Positions 29,701 through 41,700 of a stretch of DNA of 64,000 nucleotides are shown in pieces (positions within the stretch are counted from its first letter, which is position 1; every line of letters starts with the position of its first letter). This DNA comes from Ascidiella aspersa (Eukaryota): contig OZ004612.1 of the NCBI GenBank assembly GCA_963924565.1, positions 2,728,001-2,792,000 of the forward strand, read 5' to 3'. Under the pieces are notes generated by a model that was not told where the DNA came from, made no database searches, and saw only the letters and a program-made list of their open reading frames with translations. A program made the position numbers and the translations under genes.

Positions 29701-32700
29701 CGGATCCTGTGAAATATTATGTAAAACTTAATTACAATTGCCTTTATCGTTGTATGAAATTGGTTGTAAGCGCTAAAAATGCAGAAAATCAACAAAAAAG
29801 TTCCCAACATTTCTCGTAGCTAAGCTTGCTTCTGGCACGTCACCATTATCGCGCGAATTCTGCATTATGACGTAACACGTCGCAGCGTGCAATTAAGCTT
29901 CGCGTGGTATTCGATAATTGACGCTTCACTGGGACTTATCCGGATGTCTCGCACCTGCTAGCACCAACTTACACCTTAAACCGTAGATTGGTTCAACTTC
30001 GCCAACGGCTACTTAACGGCCAGGTCTTGTGGCCGATTTAAACTGGGCCGGCCTAAAACTTGGCCCTTTTTTATTTTTCCCCGTTTATATTCGCTATAAA
30101 ATTTGTATTATTTAGCTGATAAATATTTAGAATAAAAATTATCAAAATTCTCCAAGACAAAATACCCAACTTATTCTCGTGTTGTTTTTAAAGTTCTTAA
30201 TAAAAGTCAAATTTTTACTTTTTGACATTATTTCTTTTAAAAGCCCCTTAAACCTTTATACATCTGATAGATACAGAAAACTTTAGAAAAAAACTTCAAA
30301 ACTTTAGCCGCATTTTGGCTAGATTGATCACGAAACCTACCTTAAAAGTGTGCTGGCTTAAAATGGGCCGCTGCTTAATCAGGCCTTGGGATTAGCGATT
30401 GAATCGTGTGAAAATCGCTTCGGCGAATAACGAAGGCGGAATAAAAGCGTTTGGTGCAAAATCTTGAGCCAAGTTGCCCCTGGTGACTACAAAGTGCCGG
30501 CTTGTCACCTGCTGAGTGCTGACACAAACACAAGGCAAGGTTGTTAACGATTTTGCCGCCGAATGAACCCGGAACTGAACTGTAGCCTCGAGTTAACACA
30601 CGATTGTGATTTTGCGACGAATTGTGAACTTTAAAGCAAGTTTGCCGGTGAATTAATTGCTGAGTTCCAACAAAATTAAACAACACAGCAATTCAAACTT
30701 TGTGTCATTTTCTTAGACATTTTAACCGTGTATTTGTATCAGAAGACCGATTCATGATGTACATCCAACAAATATTTAGTAATCCACATATTATATGTTG
30801 CCTCCGTTATATACATAAGCTGTATGAACACTCTGTAAAAAACTGTACATTTTTAAACATAAAACTGTACATTTTTAAACATAAAACTGTACATTTTTAA
30901 ACATGACACACTTTTAACGAGTTGTAAGGCAAAAAATCGTGCTAATCCTCGTGTTTTTAAATTGCTTAAACGTACATCAAAACTTCTGTAGCAAATCTTC
31001 TTATTTTTTATTTTTTACCTGTGTCTGCTTTGGTTTATTTCCCATGCACCCGCTTTTAATCCCACCACTCAACACCTTATATTATGTGTCCAGGTGTTAA
31101 TCCTTGTGACGAGAATCCTTGCGACAACGAGGGCGTTTGTACGCCGTCTGGTGGCAGGGGGAGGTACGTTTGCAGATGTAAGGAGCCTTGGAGCGGAAAG
31201 ATCTGCACCGAACGTAAGTACAAAGGGAGGTTGATTGTCGTCATCTTCGCTAATATATTTGAAGTGCTTTAAAACACAGAGCTTAACCATTTAGGTTTTG
31301 AACGAACTAAATCGACCTTTTTATAGTTGCTTTTCCTTAAAATTAAGCATCCTGTCAAGTCTGAAGCGAGTGGCCATAGATTGGTTAAATGTTTTAAAAG
31401 TTTCCAAATAGGCAAAGGTAATAGTTTAACTGCATTTTTATCGACAAATCTCACTTGAAAATAAATGTTCGAAACATGTAAAACCTTTATAAATCAAAAT
31501 AAACCAGAGCCCTAGAGATTAAAAAGGATAGAGATTTAATCGTTTAACCCTATACTAATAACAGTCAGATGTTTTGTTTTCGTTTTCTCAAATACGTAAT
31601 AGTTTGAAAATTCTCAACTTTTGCAATTATACGAAATTTTTCGCCTTTTCACCTGTCAACGTTGCTTCCAAGAAGAAAGTAAAAAGCAAGCACGAAAACC
31701 ATAAAATTTCTTCAATTACCTGTTCATGGCAACCACCTGAATACGCACTCCTTGTAATAATATCCGCCCATAGAATCTCACAAGCAGAACTTCCAGCTTG
31801 TGAGCAAGTTAAGAGCCACCTATGGTTGTCATTATACGACCGCACCCAAACCGGGAAATTTAATAAGGCACACATCGCCTATTCAGCCTCAATTTTGCCT
31901 TTATGGCAGTTTTAAAGACACCAGGGATCAGTTTTTTCGATTTTAACCTTTTTTAAAAATAAACAGATGCGACTTTGAGCATTTACATAATTTCTCCGAA
32001 ATATTAACCATTTTAACTGATTTTTGGCTTTTTAACCCTGCTTTCCGCTACAAAAACCCCCAAAAAAATTTTATCCGGTTTCGGTGTAATTTTTTGGAGA
32101 GTCAGTTGAAAAAATCAAAAAAATCTAATAAGGCTCAAAATCGTATCTGTTTAAAGAAGCGTTTTAAACCACATAAATGCGGTCTGATAGCGCGACATTG
32201 TAACTCGTAATAAACTTATGGTGAGTCACGCTATGGTTAAGACGTGATCAGTAATATGACGTTTGCTAGCTTTTCATTAAGTAAGTGTCCCCGGCCTTTC
32301 GTGGGAACATGTCAGGTCGGCCTTGATTAATTAACAGTTAAACAGGAGCCAGCTCCAAATCACCGCGCTTTCGACGAACTGTTTAATTTCAAGCTGACAA
32401 ATATTCGGGTAGCAAGTCCAACATTCTACTGTTTGTTTGGTAGAATGTCTGTTGAAAATGTGTGTTGTTATACAAAGACAGATGCCAGTTGGGTAATTGA
32501 AAGAAATTAGGTTACACTTGGTCGTAAAACTGCCGTTACTATACTATTTGTTACCTAAAAATAGGATTCTATTTTTAAATACAAAAGTCTGATAAAGCTG
32601 TCTTTTGGAAAAATAATTGGTTGCTTTTTACTAACATTTAAGCAGAACAAAACACAATTTACTACAACATAGTACAGCTAGAAGGATGAAGTAAAAAAAA

Positions 32701-35700
32701 ATGTTTGTTTTTCATGCAATACAATCCATTTAGCTCTGTTTACGTAAAAATACACTTTACTAAACAAACCAATCGTTTTTACTTCCACCTTCAACCGAGT
32801 CTTGTTGTTTCTGTGCAGGCAAGACTTCAGTGTGTAGTGACCAGCCGTGTCTAAACAACGGAACATGTGTCGGGGATGGAAACACGTTCAGCTGTTATTG
32901 CAAGGACGGCTTCACAGGAGATCGCTGCCAGGACGGTGAGTTGGCATTAAATAACCTAAAGACACCGGAAAATTATATAGTATCATGATGGGCCGGTAAA
33001 TCTGATCGCAGAAAGGCCTAATCCTTGTACTAATTCAACAGAAGTTTTTTTTTGTTGAATTATAACGGGAAAGGTGGTATAGCAACTTGCAATAGAAGCC
33101 CCCGGAAACATATCGTGTCTGAGCAGTTATAACCTCTGCTGCAATTTTTTTCACTTTGTTTACTGGATAAATGCGCAAAACCAAACCCACACTTTAAGTA
33201 TGCCAAGCCACAAAAAAAATTAATAGTAGGACTTTCGTTCTTTTTTCAAATTGCTAGCCTCAAGCAAAAACGATGAATATTCGTATGTTGTGGGTAGGCT
33301 TAATGAACTTTACAGCGATCAATTTTATGTGTTTGTGTGGAAAAAAATGCTTTATAAAACATTCAAGTAATGTCGTTTATATAAGTTATAAAATTATAAT
33401 GTGAGGTTGGGCACGTGATTAATGAACTCACATCACCCGCTCATCAAATATAAATGCCAAAAACTTCATTACGTCATAACGATTGTTTGCTCATAATGAA
33501 AAAAGCCGCAGCTCGATTAACATTGACCGCCCAATTCTTATGAATTGCTATAACCACCAAAAAGATGGCAAAAAATACAAAATATAGTGATACATTGCCT
33601 GCAACAATATGGTTAATTTTGAAGGTTGGGTTGATTGATAAATGAATAGTTTTTTTTTCCTAGTGATAATTGAAAAAAAATTTATATTTTTCTCCATAAA
33701 AACGAAAAATGGCGCAATAACCGTCAGTAAGTAATAAGAGTCTCTTTATCTTTCATTTGTATTAAAATTTTGCGGCTCTTAGTTCGACATTAAGTTTATT
33801 GCGACATTAATAATGTAAGCTCGCAATTTCAATATGGTTTGCCACTAAATTGTAGCGCGGGCAACATAACGAGGGTTGGCCGAAAAGTGATCATCAACGA
33901 TCAAAATACACGATGACAAATCGCTTATATCGGATCAAACTGTCTGGAGGTTTAGTAAGACGTTGTAAGAATATCAAAGCCCATACAGAAGTATATATCA
34001 TTTTAACGTTTCGCATAACTCTTTATTCATTTTCAACCCTAAAGAGTTTTTTAAACGGTCAAAATGCTTCCTACTTCTTTGATAACATTTGTTTCGTTCC
34101 GCTTTGAAACGAAACTCTTTTATGTGCACAAAAGATGAAACAAGCCGCAAAGCGCCCATTCGTAGTAACCTAAACTTTCCCGGCGCAAAACAGCCCAAAA
34201 AATACTTGCAATTGTGGTTGCTTCTCAGTTCAAAAGGCCAGGCGAAAAAATCTTTTCAAAGGCCCGTAGAACGTCGAGTTTGTGCGGCGGAACGCGGGGA
34301 AACGACACCTGATCCCGCTTTAATTGCGCCACGAGCCGCAAAAAGAGAATTCCTCTCGCCCTTGCAATGTTTACCGTTTGTCATCCATTAGCTGATGCTC
34401 CCTAACCGGCCCGTGGGTCGTTAGTCGCTTCGGCCCCCGCATTTTAGGGGCTTTTTGGGGGGTGGAGGGCTTTGAGGGGCGCGGGGCTAAGTGTTGAATA
34501 AACGACGGTCGCCTAGCTGCGCGCCAGACGTTTTATCGTCATTAAGGCGCGTAACGTGATATCGTGTGCAACAGAGCGTGACGAGCACTGGAGCGAAACC
34601 GACGCGCGTTTTTATGACGTCACTAAGAGGGTTTTGTCTTTTTTTGCGTAAATGTTAGATTGAACTGAAAATCGACTTTGAAGTGTGAAAAATAGAATCC
34701 GGGTTATTTTTTATAGTTTTGTTGTTTAAACGTAAAAGAAAAAGGGCGTTTCGAAATTAAAAAAATATTTTATAATAGTGAATAATTTTTTTTTTCTCCC
34801 GACGTCTTTAACTAAACATAAAATAAAAACGAAATTGAAACTAATTTTTAAAAGAAGAAAGCAGCTGGAAATATTGACTTTTAAGTTTGTTTTGAACCCA
34901 GATAAATATCGGACTTTTATCATAAAAACAGTTTTTATTGCGATGTAAAACTAACAACTAAACTGCTACAATAAAAGCTTAACAAACGCCCGAAATGGGT
35001 ACGAGTCATTTTAAGATGAAAGAGCTTGTAAAACTGATCACAGCGTTTCGTCGCTTTTAACAACCAAATAAATTTCCCCATCGTTGCAGATGACCTGTTA
35101 CTGTTTCACAGCGCGACAAAAAACGTAACAATCGACGACTGGCGCTGCTAAAAACTACTAAAAATAATCGCGCGTATTTTAAAAGCAGTTTTCTGTTTCG
35201 GGTAGGATCAAAAAAAGCCGTAAGAAATTCTCCTTTTTGTCACCTCGGGTTAATGATTAGCTTTAGTGAGTGTTGGGTTTCTAGCGAACTGCACAAACGT
35301 GGAAGTGTGGTCAGCAATGCGTCTCATAGCCACTTAAATCTGCGCATCGCAACCAAGTAACCCAACACCTCCTGTTTAATGCGGCGCATAACTGCAAATC
35401 CCGCTGGCAATTTGGCGCTTTTTTCGAGTTTTTTATTAAATAATTCTGTCTAAAAGCACTTTTATATTTTTTAAATTTTTATCAGCTTCGGTACAATTTT
35501 TTTTTAAATTCCCTAATTTTATATTTTTAAACTTAAATTATAACAAAAATGGTACAATTTTTTTTTAAATCCCCAATAAATATTTTACAAACTTAGTTTT
35601 AAGAACTTTAGTTCATTTTTTGCTTTAAATCCCTAATATATTTTTAAAATTTTAATTTCGGCAAAAATATAAATGTCTGTAAAAACTTTTCAAATACGAA

Positions 35701-38700
35701 GAATAAAAATCCGAAGGTTTTTTTACCGGGTTATTTCTTCTGTATGTTGCTAACGCTCAGCCACAGATAAATTCAAACCCCTTCTACGCTTAGTTAAAAG
35801 GGGCTTGAGTTATTTGCGATCAGATGCCGAGATAAGAAGGCGTTTGTTCAGTTCATCGCCGTTACGCTTAATAGGGCGCCAAGTAAACCTTCCTAAAGCT
35901 TGTTCGCACATGTGTCTCAATAAGTGTGTGTGTGTTTGCGCGATTGTGAGTGCGCATGTGCATGTGCGCGTTACCCTTAAAAGAGTAATGCGTCATTTTT
36001 TAGGCAAAAAGATGATTTCTTTTGCCAGTGGGGTCACTAATAAAATAGTCTAAACAAATCCCTTATAATCAGATTAATATGCTGGCCTCGAAAACGGCCA
36101 AGAATCAACGAAACATGTCTTGACATAAAAGAAAGTCAAAAATTATTGACTTATAACGATAAATTGTCCAGTATCAATTATCGACACACGGTAAAATATA
36201 TAAACCGCTAAAGATTCTTTCTCACATACGGTGCTTCCCCTTAATTTAACTTAATTTTATGTTGAAAACTAGACAATGTTGTAAATGAATAGAGAGTTAT
36301 TTGAAACGTTCAAAATGCTACATACTTCTGTATGGGTTTTGATATTCTTTCTACGTCCAACTACAACCTCCAACCATTATGCTCCAAAGTTTAATTATAT
36401 TTCCTCACCCTTGTACATTATTCCCACGTTACAACGCCTTGAACGACCAGCTATGTTTAGCTTCCTTTGTGTCGTCACAGTAGCGCACTCGAGTGCAAGC
36501 TTTTATGACGTCACTTGGTGTTCGAATCGTGACTTTAACAGATGTTTTATTTTGGGGGCGCCTTCAAGGATTGTAATTACGCGTGAAATCCAAAACGTGT
36601 CTGATTTGTTCTCCTTTAAAATACACGTTTTTATGAGAACTCCGCTTTTCATAAAGCACCTGCCTTTCCCCAAAAAAATGTTATTCAACGCACGATTTAA
36701 CTTTTTCTTCTTCAAAATTTAAATTTTGTGGCAATCTTCTGGCGGCGCTTTGTCCGATGGCATTAAAAAAAAAATTAAATTATCTATTTTTAACATTTAA
36801 ATTATCGAAATCGCATTTCCTAAAAGTCTATTGTTTCGCCTTCTAAGATTAACTGTAATACTTTTAACCCTTCTATATGTAACCCCACTCTAATGTGTTT
36901 TATTATTTCTAATAATGTTTTTCTTGTTTCCAGATGAGGACGACTGTAATCCCCATCCCTGGTGAGTTTTGTGATTGTAATTTCTGTTTTTTTTAAATAT
37001 TGTGTGTTTATTTTTAACTACATATAAAAAGCCCAAGTCGTACTTTATACCTAATGTAGAATCTTGAAAATGCTGATACTTTTAAAAAGGGTAATCATTT
37101 TTTTTAAACGCAAATAAAATACTCGCCAAATCTTTGCATTTTTGAACAGTTTAACTTTTAACAACATACTTTAAGTACAAGTTAAAAGTGTGTTGCGGCC
37201 ACTTACCCGTGTATTGTTGCGTTGCAGTTACAACAGTGGGAAATGCGTGGATGGAATCAACCACTACACGTGCATATGTCTGCCAGGCTTCGCTGGACCT
37301 GACTGCAGGATAAGTAAGTTCATAGATAAAGTTGTACTATATTTTTAAATATAGAGAAAAGTTCTAAACTTTGAGTGTTTGTTATTGTTTTCCTTTAGCG
37401 GCGCTTTTTTATTTTTGTAAGATTTTTACGAGACACTGTCATACAAATAGCTCACTTTTTGCACTTTAACAATGATAGTATGACACAAAACCTTGAAAGA
37501 AAGAGCCAATTTTTAGGCTATAAAAATGTTCAAGTAGTGAAATATATAAAAAAACAATTACCGGCAGTAAACAAAAAAGCTTTTTTTTCAAAATTAATTT
37601 TTTACTCCTACATAAGGCACGAAGTTAAAATGCCCGGAGATTTAAAAGGATTTTAAAGTAAGGTTGAAAAACAGAGCAGGGTTGTTGTAGAAGTTTTGCC
37701 AAAAGAGGAAAAAAACGCTCAGAAGTCAAGCGAAAAAAGTTCCGACTATTTGTCGGGTCGCGTAAACTTGCTTTTGGCGTTTAAATTTTTTTCGCCACTT
37801 TTCGTTTTGCTTGCCTGAGAACAAGGAAGTTGTCCAGACCCACCGTCGCAAACCTGGGGTTTGGGGGGCTTTTAGGGGGCGCACACGGTAGCCTGAGACC
37901 TTAGGGCACCTGGCCCCATTCGGACCCACCGGGGGCCACTCGGGTTACGTCGTTTACCCCCTAAGTCGCATGCCAGGAACCCCTAGGGGGTCGATGGTAG
38001 ATTGTGGGATAAAGCGGTTGAATTTTGAACGCGCCGAGGTAAATATAAGATTGTTTGCGTGGAACATTATCACCACTGGTTTAAATCGATTTTCATTCTT
38101 TTTTTCATTTTGCGCGTCTTATTTGATCATATCAGTCTTTTTTTGCGATTTCAGCAGCATTTTTATGGCGTTTTTAAACATGACAGGTTTAACTGCTTTG
38201 GTAAAAAGCCATTCTAGGTCCAATAAATCATCTTTATTTGGTCAATATTTGTCTGAAGCAAATACAGATGTTAAACATTATTTAAACTGTCAATGGCCTT
38301 CATGGTTTATAGTGCTTAATAAAGGCTTTCTAAATTATCGACATTTTTCTTGAAAAAAACTCGTTTCGTTCGCCATAAAAGCGATGTACACAAATAACTG
38401 AAACAAATGAGTAATTTCAGAACTGTAAGATGTGTAGAATTCTATAGCGCTTTATTTACCAGAAAAGCTTCTAAAAACCTTTCATCTCATTTGTCCATTT
38501 TTGTCCCGATTTTACGAACATCCTTGTTTTGTCCAGATATTGACGAGTGCTTGTCTAACCCTTGCGCCCATGGAAGCACTTGTATGGATTTGGTGGATGG
38601 ATACAAGTGTGTGTGCCAAGCAGGCATGAGCGGGCCCAAGTGCGACAGAGGTAAGGCAATACGTGGATTTAAAACTAAGGAATTATGGAAAAATATGTTT

Positions 38701-41700
38701 TAAATGGGGTGAATCGAAACAAAATGTAGACCTTGTTAGTTTTCGATAAACTTCAGTTGTGACAATGGATTATGTGAGGTTAAGCTGAAGTCGTGGAAAA
38801 TATCGACACATTTTGGAAATGTACAAACCGAAAAATTCCAATTCCAATTATACAGGCTTTAAATAACCATGACAATTGAAAATGTTTAAAGCTAAGGATA
38901 CCTAAAAAAATGCCATGTTTGTTTAAATACGAAAAACATAAATAAATTTGTAGTCTTTATTAAGCTGTAATTTGTAGCTCAAACCAACAAGTAAAGATCA
39001 AACGGTAAACATCAGTATTTAACCAGAACTTGTGTATTTTCAGTTGATGGTCCACAACTTGCCTGCGTATCAAAGGGCATCTCGTATCCACACGGAACAC
39101 AGTGGAACGAAGTTTGCAATTCGTGCAAATGCCACTCTGGGAAGACCGAATGCAGCAAGGTAAGTGACAGTCTATCTTGCTTTCAATAAGTACTTTGATT
39201 ACTGCTCCTGGGTGCAGCTTCTATATACTGTAAACATGTACAATTTTTCGAACATTGAGTTTATGTCGTCAATTACTTTAGGGGTCATATTTTTTAACTT
39301 TAATGACGTTTAAATCCTCACCCTTGTAGTTGAAATGCAATTGAACAATTATTACCAAACGAAACCATTTTACTCTTTGATCTCCTATGCAAAAATATAC
39401 CATTTAAACAACATTAATCAAACTTTCTAGGCAATATTTTAACATAGTCCAGTCTTAACCCCTGACAAATTTAACCCCAACCCCCATTTTTACCCCAGGT
39501 CTGGTGCGGTCCCCCAGTCTGTTACAACCACAAGATGGACAACATGTTGCGCTGCCCCTCTCGACAGACCTGCAAGCTTCTGACTCCCCCAGAGTGCTTC
39601 ACCCCCCACTGCAAGGCCAAGGGGGTGTGTCAGGGGCCGGACCCCGAGTCCCCCTTTGACCCCAAGCTGCGTTTCGTCGCTTCGGTGAAGGAATGCCGGC
39701 CAAACCACGCGATGCCGAGTCACAACTGCGCTCGTGTCACTTGTATGTTCAACAAGGACGAAGTCACCAAGGTGAGCGATTTTTTGATGAGAGACTAAGA
39801 TTTTAAAGCTGTGGTTCTCAACCAGTACACCAAAAGCCATCGCAGTCTCACCCAATATGTGGACCAATGATGCAAGTAGGGCAGGCTAGAAAAACAACTA
39901 TCCTGCTGTGGGGTTCGAACTCACGACCCCCAATCATACCGGGACTGTCGCTCTATTAACTGAGCTACGCAAGTTTAAAAGGGAGCTAGTCGAGAAATAA
40001 CCATACGCCAATGCTTGTTACATTCTGTTAGTACAAGCAACTTCATATTGAATGGGATCTACAGTACCATGCTTTTGTATCTCAACCATTTATAGTTCAC
40101 GTCGTTTAGTTTAAAGTCATTTAGTTTAAAGGTCTTTTCGTCCTTAAGTCATTTAGTTCCAAAACCAACGTCCAAAACTCGTGACGTTTAATTTTTCTGC
40201 AGCGCTTAGATACTGAAGTTTAAAACCACCAGGCCTTCTATTTATTTGGGCCAAGCAAGTTGCCAGTAAAGAGCTGATACATTCTTCACTTGTGAGCATT
40301 TGCTTTAAAGTTCGCGTTCGGGTTGTGGAATTCCATAGGCACGCGCATAATGGCACTTGCCCTTATCATCTGCAAAGCTTATTGGTCTTTCTCGACCGCG
40401 AGTGCGAATAAAGTGCGACGCTGGCTCGTGCTTTGGTAACACTGGAATAAACACACAGAGCTCAAAGTTGCCAAGGACTTGAGACGGAATAAGCTTTCAT
40501 GTTTAAAAAACTTGCGCCTGCCTGATACTCTACCGAAATCACAGTGATATAAATAGGTTAAAATGGTGAAATGTTTCATGGATGATTCAAAACAGTTTCG
40601 ATTGTTTTGCATAAGTTAAACCCAGCTTTGCATATTATGTCCAAATTGAGAAATAGGTCTAACAAAAAAAAATAACATTTCTAATAAAATTGTTTTCTTC
40701 AATGTTCCATTTTTTTCTTCATCTGATCACAACTAGTTCAGTTATTACAAAAAAAAATTGATCATATTATAATAAACTAAATAAGTTCAGTTATTACCAT
40801 ATTTTTTTAATACAGTTATATGTACTGGTTTAACAAAAAAATGTGCTTCATCTCCAAATTTGTTTGATAATGAATATTAAAGTCAAAAGGGTCGAGTAGA
40901 TCGACATTACCTTAATTAAGACGTTTCAAGACGAACTTGTATTATCTTCAATTAATGTGACAAGCTACATTACCGATACGTGAATAATTGGTCTGTATGC
41001 TATTTTTTTTTTTATTTCACTAACGCTGTTTTATTCCTCGCAGGGAATGTATGTCCACGACCTCTGTCTTGTTGTTCGATCCCTCCCACTATTCAGACCT
41101 TACGCATTACGTCATACACTCGTCATACAATGTGACGTAGCAAACAACGATACCGACGCCATTCAGATCACAATCGTAAGTTGTCTTGCAAAATTAAAAA
41201 AGTCGATTATTTGCTTTATAGTGCAAGAGATTTTGGCATTTAAGGTTGAACTTTTATTAAGTCCCTTATATGTGTGTCAATATACTTGACATTTTGAGTG
41301 AAATGTCAACGTTTTCCTATAAGCCAAAAAATATTAACTGATAAAAAATATAGGAAGGATTTATGTTGTGAGTCTATGCTGCTGTAATTTCACATTGTTA
41401 TGCATATATTATGCAATAGCAATCAAAAAGTTTTCGCCAATATATCGAGGTAATTCTTTATCCCTTGTAAAAAGCTGCTTTAACTTTTTGCATCTACTTT
41501 GTTTTGTCTACCAATAAACCCGGCAGACACAATCTACCAAATCACAGATATGACATTTCGAAAATGAAGACCCCGAATCTTAACGAATTGTTTCATACCC
41601 AATTTAACAGGGGTTAAAGCTTAAATATGATCACCGTGCTTAAAACATCCATGTTCCTTGCAGGCGTCCAACACCACCGACCCTGAGGACAACACGGCTA

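Noticed and set aside
30839-30904. Direct repeats as a CRISPR array (also the GGAGCC, GGACTC and AAGTC repeat tracts)
   Set aside because: There are no spacers and no cas genes, and the context is eukaryotic; these are a minisatellite and MITE subterminal repeats.
39901-39974. Functional tRNA-Thr gene
   Set aside because: Two acceptor-stem mismatches, a T-stem mismatch, C33 and an atypical anticodon; kept as pseudogene/SINE-like instead.
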